Positions 46,947 to 56,000 of a DNA stretch of 64,000 nucleotides are shown here, one piece after another. Where the stretch lies: positions 1,255,973-1,319,972 of the forward strand of contig OZ252225.1 of NCBI GenBank assembly GCA_965249315.1. Reading direction: 5' to 3'. The notes below the pieces were generated by a model that saw nothing but the letters and a program-made list of their open reading frames with translations, made no database searches and was not told the origin of the DNA. Numbering within the stretch: the first letter of the stretch is position 1; every line of letters begins with the position of its first letter. A program made the translations under genes and the position numbers. Origin of the DNA: Dehalococcoidia bacterium. Its GTDB lineage: Bacteria > Chloroflexota > Dehalococcoidia > Lucifugimonadales > UBA1127.

Positions 46947-49663
46947 GGAAGCTGCAGAGCTACCGTCGCAAGCGGGACTTCGCCCGCACGCCGGAGCCGG
47001 GGCCGGAGGCGGGAGTCGAGTCGCAGGCGAGTCTGCGCTTCGTGGTGCAGAAGCACGCGGCGCGACGGCTCCACTACGACTTCCGGCTGGAGATGGACGG
47101 CGTCCTGAAGTCGTGGGCGGTGCCCAAGGGCCCGTCCGTGGACCCTCAGCAGAAACGCTTCGCGGCGCTGGTGGAGGACCACCCGCTGGACTACGCTACC
47201 TTCGAGGGAGTCATCGCCGACGGGAACTACGGGGCCGGGCACGTCATCGTGTGGGACACGGGCATCTACTCGCCCGACGACGATAACCGGCTCGCCTTCG
47301 GCGACCGGACCGCCTCCGAGGAGCGAATGCGCCGCCAGCTGGAGGCGGGGAAGCTCTCGATCACGCTGCGGGGACACAAACTGCGTGGCTCGTGGACGCT
47401 GGTGCGCACGGCCAAGGGGCCGACGGAATGGCTGCTGATCAAGCACCGGGACGCCCACGCCGACCCGGAGCGGGAGGTGCTGGAGCACGAGGGATCGGTG
47501 CTCACGGGGGCCACGATCACGGACCTGCGGGCAGGGCGCTCGGCGGGGCATCCGGGCGGGAGCGCGCGGGAGCAGGCGCAGGCCCTGGGACGCCGCGCTC
47601 CCTACCCGACGACGGTGAAACCGATGCTGGCCCGGCTGGTGGACGGGCCCTTCTCCCATCCGGCGTGGCTGTTCGAGCCGAAGCTGGACGGCTACCGGAT
47701 CGTGGCCTTCGTGCAGCCGGGGGGCGTGACCCTGCGCAGTCGCAACGGCAAGGACCTGACGTCGCTGCTTCCGGAGGTGGCGCAGGAGTTGGCGGAGCAG
47801 GCCGAGGAGGAGATGGTCCTGGACGGCGAGGTGGTGGCCCTTAACGCCGAGGGCCTGCCGGACTTCGGCCTGCTGCAGGAGGCGCTGGGCCGGGACCGCC
47901 GCCTGGGGTCGGCAGGGCCGGCGGCGCCGCTGGTCTACTACCCGTTCGACTTGCTCTACCTGGCCGGGGTCTCCCTTCGGCAGACGCCGCTGATGCAGCG
48001 CAAGGGCCTGCTGGGCCAGGCGCTGGTGCCGGGGGACGCCGTGCGGCCGGTGGAGTACGTGGAGGGCAGCGGCGAGGCGTTCTTCGAGGCGGCGGTGGCC
48101 CTGGGGCTGGAGGGGATGCTGGCCAAGCGCAAGGACAGCAGCTACGAGCCCGCGGCCCGCAGCGCGGCCTGGCTCAAGGTGAAGGCCGTGCAGTCGCAGG
48201 ACTTCGTCGTCGCGGGCTACACGCCCGGCGAGGGGGCGCGGGCCAGCACGCTGGGGGCCATCCTCGTGGGCCTGTACGACGGAGGGAAGCTGCAGTTCGC
48301 CGGGCGCGTGGGCAGCGGCTTCGACCAGGCGGAGCTGGACGATCTGCTGGCGCTGATGGGACCGCTGCACACACGTCGCTGTCCCTTCGAAACGACGCCG
48401 GACCTGCAGGGCTCGGCGGCCCAGTGGGTGCGGCCAAACCTGGTGGCGCGGGTCAAGTTCTCGCAGTGGACCAAGGACGGACTGCTACGTGCGCCGGTCT
48501 TCGAGGGCCTTCGACGGGACGCGTCGCCCCGCTCCGTGACGCGGGAGGAGGGCGCGGACGTGCGCCAACTGCTCGGCGACGATGCCAGGACTGCGGAGGG
48601 CCCGCAGAGCGAGACGGAGGCCGTGCTGGCGCAGCTTTCGGGGCGGGAGGACAGGGTGCTCCTGGAACTGGCGGGAGAGCGGCTGTCGCTGACCAACCTC
48701 AACAAGGATCTGTGGCCCGCGACGTCGGATGCGCCGCCGGTGACGAAGCGGGACATGATCCGCTACTACGTCCAGATTGCGCCGGCGCTGCTGCCCCATC
48801 TGCAGGACCGCCCGATGACGCTGACCCGCTACCCGAACGGCATCGGTGGCAAGAGCTTCTACCAGAAGCACTGGGGAGGCCCGATGCCCGGCTTCGTGGA
48901 GACGGTGCGGCCCTTCTCCTCGCACCGGGAGGGTGACGGCGAGTACATCCTGGTGGACAACCTGGCGACGCTGGTCTGGCTGGCCCAGCTGGCCGACATC
49001 GAGCTGCACCCGTGGCTCTCCCGGGTGGTCCGGGAGCCGGACGCGCTGCACACCGGCACGGTGCTCACCGGGTCGAAGGAGGCGGTGGAGTCGAGCGTGC
49101 TCAACCACCCGGACTTCCTGGTGTTCGACCTGGACCCGTACACGTACTCGGGGAAGGAGGCGGCGGGGGCGGAGCCGGAGCTCAACCGTCGCGCCTTCTC
49201 GCAGGCCGTGGAGGTGGCGCATTCGCTGCGGGAGCTGCTGGAAGGGCTGACGCTGAAACCGTTCCTCAAGACGTCCGGCAGGACGGGGCTGCACATCTAC
49301 GTGCCCGTGCTGCGGCAGTACGACTTCTCCGTGACGCGCAGGGCCTGCCAGACAGTGGGGCAGTTCCTGCTGCAGCAGCGGTTCCGGGACGTCACACTGG
49401 AGTGGTCCGTGGAGAAGCGGACGGGGAAGGTGTTCCTGGACTACAACCAGAACTCCCGGAGCCGGAACATGGCGGCGGCGTACTCGCTGCGACCGCTGCC
49501 CGGCGCGCCGGTCTCGACGCCGCTGAGCTGGGAGGAGCTGGAGCACGTCTTCCCAACGGACTTCACGATCTGGAGCGTACCACAGCGGGTGGAGCGGCTG
49601 GGCGACCTGTGGGGCGGCGTGCTGGAGGCGAAGCACGACCTGAGGGGGCTGCTGGAGGGGTGA
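46943..49663 (+). CDS. ligD: NHEJ DNA ligase D (phosphoesterase-ligase-polymerase order)
   Basis: FVVQKHAARRLHYDFRLE, SWAVPKGPS, EPKLDGYR, LEGMLAKR, WLKVK, RYPNG, FDLDP, KTSGRTGLH. Confidence 0.96.
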   Translation: MRKLQSYRRKRDFARTPEPGPEAGVESQASLRFVVQKHAARRLHYDFRLEMDGVLKSWAVPKGPSVDPQQKRFAALVEDHPLDYATFEGVIADGNYGAGHVIVWDTGIYSPDDDNRLAFGDRTASEERMRRQLEAGKLSITLRGHKLRGSWTLVRTAKGPTEWLLIKHRDAHADPEREVLEHEGSVLTGATITDLRAGRSAGHPGGSAREQAQALGRRAPYPTTVKPMLARLVDGPFSHPAWLFEPKLDGYRIVAFVQPGGVTLRSRNGKDLTSLLPEVAQELAEQAEEEMVLDGEVVALNAEGLPDFGLLQEALGRDRRLGSAGPAAPLVYYPFDLLYLAGVSLRQTPLMQRKGLLGQALVPGDAVRPVEYVEGSGEAFFEAAVALGLEGMLAKRKDSSYEPAARSAAWLKVKAVQSQDFVVAGYTPGEGARASTLGAILVGLYDGGKLQFAGRVGSGFDQAELDDLLALMGPLHTRRCPFETTPDLQGSAAQWVRPNLVARVKFSQWTKDGLLRAPVFEGLRRDASPRSVTREEGADVRQLLGDDARTAEGPQSETEAVLAQLSGREDRVLLELAGERLSLTNLNKDLWPATSDAPPVTKRDMIRYYVQIAPALLPHLQDRPMTLTRYPNGIGGKSFYQKHWGGPMPGFVETVRPFSSHREGDGEYILVDNLATLVWLAQLADIELHPWLSRVVREPDALHTGTVLTGSKEAVESSVLNHPDFLVFDLDPYTYSGKEAAGAEPELNRRAFSQAVEVAHSLRELLEGLTLKPFLKTSGRTGLHIYVPVLRQYDFSVTRRACQTVGQFLLQQRFRDVTLEWSVEKRTGKVFLDYNQNSRSRNMAAAYSLRPLPGAPVSTPLSWEELEHVFPTDFTIWSVPQRVERLGDLWGGVLEAKHDLRGLLEG

Positions 49664-49667
49664 GGGG

Positions 49668-49785
49668 GGCGGCGGCAGAGCCGCTTTCGCTTACCCTTCC
49701 TCCCCGCTCCACCGCCGCGTTTCCCACCCGCCCGCCCTCGGAAGTTCTTCTGGGGGCTGCGCCCCCCGGGCCCCCGCACCCTCGC
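49668..49785 (+). repeat. intergenic palindromic mosaic repeat
   Basis: GCGGCAGAGCCGCTTTCGCT, TTTCCCACCCGCCCGCCCTCGG, TTCTTCTGGGGGCTGCGCCCCCC. Confidence 0.8.
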
Positions 49786-49895
49786 GCGACGCTGTGCGTC
49801 GGAAAGGATTCCCATACAGCCACTTCCCACGCGCATTCAAGAAATACGTATACATACACACACGCACGCAGAGTGGTGGTGTCGGACCGGATGGC

Positions 49896-49926
49896 CGTTG
49901 ACGCGTAACGAAAAAATAGTTAACAT
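49896..49926 (+). promoter_or_regulatory. sigma70-type promoter of the HTH-ino1 gene with an overlapping palindrome
   Basis: TTGACG (49898) + 17 nt + TAACAT (49921), 8 nt before the ATG; CGTT-GACGCGT-AACG covers the -35 box. Confidence 0.65.
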
Positions 49927-49934
49927 GGGCCATC

Positions 49935-51443
49935 ATGAACTACGCAAAGCAGATCATAGAACGTTTCGGCGGTCAGTCCTCGCTGGCTGCCCTACTTGGA
50001 AAACGCCAGAGTACGGTCCAGCACTGGGCTCGGACCGGAAGAATACCGTCGCAGTGGCAGAAGCGACTCCTGGAGCTTGCCTTTCAGCAAGGAATTCGGC
50101 TGGAACCCAAGGACTTCGTCGCAAGTGACACGCCCACCATCAGTCCGGCGAGCGGAAAGCTTGGCGTGCTGATGGTGGGGTTGGGAGCAGTGTCCTCCAC
50201 CTTCATCGCCGGCGTCGAACACATCCGGCGCGGAACCGGACGGCCGGTGGGCTCTCTCACCCAACTGGGCACCATCCGCCTTGGCAAGCGACCCGACAGG
50301 CGGACTCCCCTCATTAGGGAATTCGTTCCGCTGGCAGACCTCGACCAGATGGTATTCGGAGGTTGGGACCCCATACCAGACGACGCCTTTGAAGCTGCCA
50401 CGAAGGCCGGCGTACTAGACCGCCACGAACAATTGGAACCAGTCGCGGATTTCTTGAAGTCGATAGAACCGATGCCAGCCATCTTCGACAACGAGTACGT
50501 GCGGGCCATCAATGGGAGCAACGTCAACGTGACCGGCTCCAAGCGTGCTTCGGTGGAGGCCATACGGAGCGACATCCGACGCTTCAAGGAGGAAAACGAT
50601 TGTGACCGGTTGGTGATGGTCTGGTGTGCCTCCACCGAAAAATTCATTAGGGAGGCAGCCGTTCACCAGGACATCGAGAGCTTTGTTGGTGGGATTCATG
50701 AAGACGACGAGAATATAGCGCCTTCAATGCTGTACGCCTACGCGGCTCTGATGGAGGGCGTGCCCTTTGTGAACGGGGCCCCCAACCTCACCGTGGACAT
50801 TCCCGCCTTGGAAAGGCTGGCTAAGAGCCAAGGCGTGCCCGTGTGCGGCAAAGACTTCAAGACGGGACAGACCCTGGTGAAAACCGTCCTGGGGCCGATG
50901 CTCAAAGCCAGGATGCTCGGGCTAGACGGCTGGTTCTCCACGAACATACTGGGAAACCGGGACGGCGAGGTCCTCGACGAACCGGAGAACTTCAAGACCA
51001 AGGAGGAGTCCAAACTGGGAGTCCTCGAGTACATCCTGCAACCCGACCTGTACCCGGAGCTGTATTCCGACGCGTATCACAAAGTGCGCATCAACTATTA
51101 CCCTCCACGAGGAGACAACAAGGAGGGGTGGGACAACATCGACATTTTCGGCTGGCTCGGACGCCGGATGCAGATCAAAGTCAACTTCCTATGCTCGGAC
51201 TCGATTCTTGCCGCACCCTTAGTCCTTGACCTCGTCCTGTTCATGGACCTGGCACAGCGTGCCGGCATGTCGGGCATCCAGGAGTGGTTGTCGTTTTACT
51301 TCAAGAGCCCGCAGCACGCACCGGAAGTCTATCCGGAGCACGACCTATTCATACAGCAGACGAAGCTCAAGAACACCCTCCGGTGGCTTATGGGGGAGGA
51401 ACAGGTCACCCATCTCGGCATGGAGTATTACCGGCGCGGTTGA
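49935..51443 (+). CDS. ino1: myo-inositol-1-phosphate synthase with N-terminal Cro-like HTH domain
   Basis: GLGAVSST, VWCASTE, NGAPN, GKDFKTGQT, STNILGNRDG, RGDNKEGWD, DSILAAPLVLDL, FYFKSP; the first ~62 aa (FGGQSSLAALLGKRQSTVQHWARTGRIP) look like an HTH. Confidence 0.92.
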   Translation: MNYAKQIIERFGGQSSLAALLGKRQSTVQHWARTGRIPSQWQKRLLELAFQQGIRLEPKDFVASDTPTISPASGKLGVLMVGLGAVSSTFIAGVEHIRRGTGRPVGSLTQLGTIRLGKRPDRRTPLIREFVPLADLDQMVFGGWDPIPDDAFEAATKAGVLDRHEQLEPVADFLKSIEPMPAIFDNEYVRAINGSNVNVTGSKRASVEAIRSDIRRFKEENDCDRLVMVWCASTEKFIREAAVHQDIESFVGGIHEDDENIAPSMLYAYAALMEGVPFVNGAPNLTVDIPALERLAKSQGVPVCGKDFKTGQTLVKTVLGPMLKARMLGLDGWFSTNILGNRDGEVLDEPENFKTKEESKLGVLEYILQPDLYPELYSDAYHKVRINYYPPRGDNKEGWDNIDIFGWLGRRMQIKVNFLCSDSILAAPLVLDLVLFMDLAQRAGMSGIQEWLSFYFKSPQHAPEVYPEHDLFIQQTKLKNTLRWLMGEEQVTHLGMEYYRRG

Positions 51444-51479
51444 TGGGGACCCGATTTCTGTGAGCGCACACCCCGGCGG

Positions 51480-51562
51480 TTTCTGGGGGCTCCGCTGCGG
51501 CGGGGCTTGGTCCTTCGAAGGGGGATGGTGAGTGGGCGGGGGTGAGTCGCATCCCTACGGGC
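51480..51562 (+). repeat. partial mosaic repeat
   Basis: TTTCTGGGGGCT, GCTGCGGCGGGGCTTGGTCCTTCGAAGGGG, ATCCCTACGG. Confidence 0.55.
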
Positions 51563-51683
51563 CACCCTGCGTGGCACTCTCCCAGACGGGGAAGCGCAGA
51601 TAGCGCCCAAATGTGTATAATGTAGGCACCGCAGAAGGAACGCTGCGGCGTTCCCATTAGGCGAGCAGAGGGCAAAGACGACA

Positions 51684-52736
51684 ATGCCAGTGAGTCTTGA
51701 GCTCTACCGGGAGTCTTTCCGCAACACCGAGTACGAGGTGGACGTAGCGGCGAACGCGGAGAAGGTCCGCCGCATCCTCCAACTCAAGGAGGAGAAGAAC
51801 GTCCTCATCCTGGGGCACAACTACATGCACCCCCTGGTCTTCGGCCTGTCGGACAAGGCGGCGCGGGGGGACTCGCTGGCCCTGGCCCGCCACGCCGCCG
51901 AGACGAGCTGCCCGATCATCCTGATGGACGGCGTGCGGTTCATGGCGGAGACGGCGAAGATCCTGAACCCCGACAAGAAGGTGCTCATTGCGAGCAAGCT
52001 GGCGGGCTGTAGCCTCGCGGACCCGGTGAGAGCGGAGGACGTGCGGGCCCTCAAGGCGGCGCACCCGGGCGTGCCGGTTGTGATGTACATCAACAGCTAC
52101 GCGGACGCGAAGGCCGAGGCGGACATCTGCTGCACCTCCTCGAACGCGCTGGAGGTGATCCTCCACATGGCGCAGACCACCGGCAGCAGCAGGGTCATCT
52201 TCCTGCCGGACACGCTCATGGGCATGAACCTGCAGACGGAGCTCGAGGCGCTGGGCCACGACCTGGACCTCATCTACCCGGGCAAGAGCAACAGCCTGCG
52301 AGAGGCGAAGTGCGAGGTCCACGAGCAGTTCACCGTGGAGGACCTGCAGCTCATTCGTCAGCAGCATGACATTCCCAAGGGGCACCCCGGCCGGGTCATC
52401 CTGGCCCACTGGGAGTGCCCGCCCGACGTGCTCCGTGAGGCGGACTTCCACGGCAGCACGTCGCAGATGTCGAACTACATCCGGGAGCACCAGCCCGAGC
52501 GGGCGTACCTGGCCACCGAGTGCGAGATGGCGGCGAACCTGGAGGCGGAGTTCCCGCAGACCGAGTTCGTGCGCGCGTGCGCCATCTTCTGCAGCCACAT
52601 GCGCCGCATTGGCCTCAACGGCATCCTCTCCGCGCTGGAGACGGAGGACCCGGAGAGGCACGAGATTACCGTCGACGAAGAGGTCCGGGTGCGGGCGCTA
52701 GCGCCCATCGAGCGGATGCTGGAGCTCTCCGCCTGA
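51684..52736 (+). CDS. nadA: quinolinate synthase
   Basis: ILGHNY, GDSLAL, GVRFMAETAKILNPDK, AGCSLA, YINS, CCTSSNA, CEVH, AHWEC, CSHM; TGTGTATAAT at 51612-51621. Confidence 0.95.
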   Translation: MPVSLELYRESFRNTEYEVDVAANAEKVRRILQLKEEKNVLILGHNYMHPLVFGLSDKAARGDSLALARHAAETSCPIILMDGVRFMAETAKILNPDKKVLIASKLAGCSLADPVRAEDVRALKAAHPGVPVVMYINSYADAKAEADICCTSSNALEVILHMAQTTGSSRVIFLPDTLMGMNLQTELEALGHDLDLIYPGKSNSLREAKCEVHEQFTVEDLQLIRQQHDIPKGHPGRVILAHWECPPDVLREADFHGSTSQMSNYIREHQPERAYLATECEMAANLEAEFPQTEFVRACAIFCSHMRRIGLNGILSALETEDPERHEITVDEEVRVRALAPIERMLELSA

Positions 52737-52756
52737 CGGGGGAGGGCGCCGCGGCG

Positions 52757-53641
52757 ATGGGGGAGATGCACCGGCTGCGGATCGACGCTGCGGTCACGGC
52801 GCTCATCGACCGGTCCCTGGCCGAGGACCGCACTTCCCACGACGTCACCACGGACACGCTCATCCCGCCCGGCCTGCCCGGCGCCGCCACGCTCATAGCC
52901 AAGTCGCCCGGCGTCCTCGCGGGTGGAGAGGTGGCCCGCGCAGTGTTCCTGCGGGCCGACCCCAACCTTCGAGCGGAGCTGCTCATCGAGGACGGCGCCA
53001 CCCTGCAACCCGGCGACGTCATCGCCAGGGTCGAGGGGCCGGTGGGCGGCATCCTTCGAGCGGAGCGCTGCGCCCTCAACTTCCTGCAGCACATGAGCGG
53101 CATCGCCACGGAGACGGCGCGGTACGCGGCGGCGGTGTCGGGGACGCGAGCGGCCATCGTCGACACGCGCAAGACCGTGCCGGGGCTCCGAACACTGCAG
53201 AAGTACGCGGTGCTGGTGGGCGGCGGCAGGAACCATCGCATGGACCTGGCCGACGGCGTCCTCATCAAGGATAACCACATCGCGGCGCTGCGGGCGCGGG
53301 AGGTGGGGCTGGCCGAGATCGTGCGGCGGGCCAAGGAGGGAGCGCCTCACACGCTGAAGGTGGAGATTGAGGTGGAGAGCATGGAGGAGGCCCGGGAGGC
53401 GCTGGACGCCCGCGCGGACGTCATCCTGCTGGACAACATGCCGCCGGAGGAGATGCGACGGGTGGTGGAGATGATCGGCGGCAGGGCGGTGGTGGAGGCG
53501 TCGGGGGGGATCACGCTGGAGAGCGTCCGCGAGGTGGCGGAGACGGGAGTGGACATCATCTCGGTGGGAGCGCTGACGCACTCGGTGAACGCGCTGAACA
53601 TCAGCCTGGACCTAGAAGTCACGTGGGGTGATGGCCAGTAG
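52757..53641 (+). CDS. nadC: nicotinate-nucleotide pyrophosphorylase (carboxylating)
   Basis: AERCALNFLQHMSGIAT, DTRKTVPGLR, NHR, LIKDNH, ILLDNM, EASGG, ISVGALTHS. Confidence 0.96.
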   Translation: MGEMHRLRIDAAVTALIDRSLAEDRTSHDVTTDTLIPPGLPGAATLIAKSPGVLAGGEVARAVFLRADPNLRAELLIEDGATLQPGDVIARVEGPVGGILRAERCALNFLQHMSGIATETARYAAAVSGTRAAIVDTRKTVPGLRTLQKYAVLVGGGRNHRMDLADGVLIKDNHIAALRAREVGLAEIVRRAKEGAPHTLKVEIEVESMEEAREALDARADVILLDNMPPEEMRRVVEMIGGRAVVEASGGITLESVREVAETGVDIISVGALTHSVNALNISLDLEVTWGDGQ

Positions 53642-54384
53642 CCGGAGTGATCGGACCGTGGACCCCTTTGGACAGCAGGTCTACGACCACCATCGCGGCC
53701 TCATACCGGATGGCTTTCGTGAAGTCGGCGAGCGCGATGACGGCGATCTCCAGGTGTACGAACATCCAAGATGGTACTTTGCTCCGTTCGATGAGTGGGC
53801 CCCGCACCTTCAGGAAGCGATGCAGTATGTCCGGGGAAGGACCCTCGACATCGGGTGCGGCGCCGGTCGCGTGACTCTGCCGCTGCAGCAGAGGGGCGTG
53901 GATATCCTCGGCATCGACAATTCCCCCCCTGGCCGTCCAGACGTGCACGGAGAGAGGCGTCCACGACGTGCGGCTCCTCTCCATCACGCAGATCAGCGTC
54001 AACAGGCTGGGCACGTTCGACAGCATCCTGATGTTCGGCAACAACTTCGGGCTATTCGGCAATCGGAACCGGGCCCGCCGGCTGCTGCGACGCCTGCACA
54101 GGATGACAACGGAGCAAGGGCGCATAGTGGCCGAAACCACGGACCCCTACGCGACCAGTGACCCCATCCTTCGGGCGTACCAGGAGCGGAACCGGGCACG
54201 AGGCAGGATGAGCGGGCAGTACCGTCACCGTGACTGCTACCGCAACCTGAAGGGGCCCTGGCACGACTGGTTGTTCGTATCGAGGGATGAGATGCGGGAG
54301 ATCGTGGCCGGGACGGGGTGGAGAGTGCGCAGGTTCGTTGAACCCGAGGGCGCTCAGTACGTTGCCGTGATCGAGAAGGAGTAA
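53631..54384 (+). pseudogene. class I SAM methyltransferase with a +1 frameshift in a C7 tract at 53923-53929
   Basis: TLDIGCGAGR...GIDNSP in one frame; (L)AVQTCTERGV...FDSILMFGNNFGLFG continues in another; removing one C joins them. Confidence 0.8.
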
Positions 54385-54396
54385 GCACACAGCAAG

Positions 54397-54550
54397 GCGG
54401 CGGCGGCATCGCCGCTTTTGCTTGCGGTGTTGGGCTGCGGCGGAGTCTGATCCTTCGGAGGGGTGGGACCTTACGATGGTTGGGCCCACCCGCCCACCCT
54501 ATGAGTTTTTCTTGGGGGGCACCCCCCCAGACCCCCGCTGGGGGCGGTAG
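54397..54550 (+). repeat. intergenic palindromic mosaic repeat
   Basis: GCGGCATCGCCGCTTTTGCT, GGGCTGCGGCGGAGTCTGATCCTTCG, TTGGGCCCACCCGCCCACCCT, TTTTTCTTGGGGGGCACCCCCCAGACCCCCGCTGGGGG. Confidence 0.82.
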
Positions 54551-54556
54551 AGAGGT

Positions 54557-54940
54557 ATGAAGTACGTACGCGTGCAAGCGCGGTATACGGGTAGAACGGG
54601 AAAACCTGTTGGAATCTTCACTGCCTGTCACCATCTGAAGCGGAAGGGGATTCTCACTGCGGAAGAGGCCAGGCTGTTCAAGAACATCGATAGCTGGTTC
54701 GACCTGTATCTTCCCAATCCTCCGTTCTATCAGGGTGGCAACAAGATCCGCGGCATCACGTGGTTCAAGTCCTCCGCGAGGGGAATGCTCAAGGCGCTGG
54801 TCCCACTACTGGCTCTGCTCAGCAAGTACGACGTGACATGCGACGTCGTTGAGACGGACGACCCCGGCTGCATCGTGTACGAAGACGAGTGGCAAGTCGG
54901 GACCGTTTTATGCGGCCTAGAGCTGCCCGCCCCGCCCTAG
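54557..54940 (+). CDS. hypothetical protein (127 aa, lower GC)
   Basis: AGAGG RBS and ATG; protein-like composition (DDPGCIVYEDEWQV); flanked by mosaic repeats. Confidence 0.65.
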   Translation: MKYVRVQARYTGRTGKPVGIFTACHHLKRKGILTAEEARLFKNIDSWFDLYLPNPPFYQGGNKIRGITWFKSSARGMLKALVPLLALLSKYDVTCDVVETDDPGCIVYEDEWQVGTVLCGLELPAPP

Positions 54941-55030
54941 GAACTCCTGGTAACTAGGGCACGGCCCCCAGACCCCCGCGCCCTCACCCGCCGCTGTGCG
55001 GCGGCCTCTCCCCCAGGAGAGGCGGGAGGC
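54925..55030 (+). repeat. intergenic palindromic mosaic repeat
   Basis: GGTAACTAGGGCACGGCCCCCAGACCCCCGCGCCCTCACCCGCCGCTGTGCGGCGGCCTCTCCCCCAGGAGAGGCGG, near-identical to about 55733-55798. Confidence 0.82.
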
Positions 55031-55590
55031 TACCGCACGACCATTTCCACGGACGCGCAGCCGGACAGCACGCTCTCGAGTGCGTCCGCCTCGGCGCGGT
55101 CGATGGTGAGGGCGTACTTCTGGCGCACCTGGACGACGCGGTCTGCGAACCAGCACCTGTTCTGCTGCGGCAACCACTCCGCCGCGTCGTAGGCCCGCTT
55201 CTGCTCCCGGTTGACCTGCGGGGCCGCCAGCGTGAGGTTGAGGACGTCGGAGACAAAGCGAGCGCGAGTCTCGTCGCTGGCGGCGCAGAGGCCGCTGTCG
55301 TGGGCCTCGGAGCGGGCGACGATGTGCTCGATGTCCGTCTGCCGCATGTTCGAGAACCGGCGGCCCGTGTACGGCCCGTAGATGACGCCGCCCATGCCTG
55401 CGACGATGCGAGGCTCGACGGACTGGGGGTAGGAGTAGTCGTCGGAGTCGTAGGGGGAGCAGCGGTCTTCGTCGGCGACGGTCAGGCCGCGCCAGGTGGC
55501 TGCGGGAGCGGGGCCATCTTCGTCTGGCGGCGCGGTGCAGGCGGCCGTCCATGCGAGAGCACCCAGGACAAGGACGAACAGCAGTCTCAC
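55030..55590 (-). CDS. secreted lipoprotein, HNH-type (DUF1524-like) nuclease
   Basis: Lipobox TAAC, YGPYTG, TDIEHIVARSEAHDSG, NLTLAAPQVNREQK, DAAEWLP. Confidence 0.75.
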   Translation of the reverse strand: MRLLFVLVLGALAWTAACTAPPDEDGPAPAATWRGLTVADEDRCSPYDSDDYSYPQSVEPRIVAGMGGVIYGPYTGRRFSNMRQTDIEHIVARSEAHDSGLCAASDETRARFVSDVLNLTLAAPQVNREQKRAYDAAEWLPQQNRCWFADRVVQVRQKYALTIDRAEADALESVLSGCASVEMVVR

Positions 55591-55635
55591 AACATTTCGC
55601 CTACAGAGCGCGTTCGGACGGCCTGTGGTCCGACC

Positions 55636-55800
55636 TTGGGTGGGCCCACCCGGCGGCAGTGCCGCTCTTGCTGGGGTGTCGAGTCGCGGCGGAGTGTGGT
55701 CCTTCGAGAGACGGTGGTTGTCTTCTGGAGGCGCGGCCCCCAGACCCCCGCGCCCTCACCCGCCCGCTGTGCGGCGGCCTCTCCCCCAGGAGAGGCGGAT
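55636..55800 (+). repeat. intergenic palindromic mosaic repeat
   Basis: TTGGGTGGGCCCACCC, GCGGCAGTGCCGC, TGGTCCTTCGA, CGGCCCCCAGACCCCCGCGCCCTCACCC, GCCTCTCCCCCAGGAGAGGC. Confidence 0.82.
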
Positions 55801-55850
55801 GCGCACTGGGTGACCGGAAGGGGGAGGGGGCCTGCAGGGGACAATCGTAG

Positions 55851-55927
55851 TGGCGACCCGGAGGGGATTCGAACCCCCGATCTCCGCCTTGACAGGGCGG
55901 TATGTTAGGCCACTACACCACCGGGCC
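55851..55927 (-). tRNA. tRNA-Asp (GTC)
   Basis: Acceptor stem GGCCCGG/CCGGGTC, anticodon arm CCGCC-CTGTCAA-GGCGG, T-loop GGTTCGAATCC, encoded CCA end. Confidence 0.97.
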
Positions 55928-56000
55928 GCGTGTCTCCGTCGAACGGTCTGACGCCGTGGCGCTCAGACCTGGACGTGTCGTCTTGTGAATCGAGCGCCGG

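Noticed and set aside
49840-49872. Purine/pyrimidine alternating tract ATACGTATACATACACACACGCACGCA
   Set aside because: It is short and imperfect, and no function can be supported from sequence alone.
55030-55927. Prophage or integrative element at tRNA-Asp
   Set aside because: There is no integrase or phage gene, and I found no duplicated tRNA 3' end in the window.
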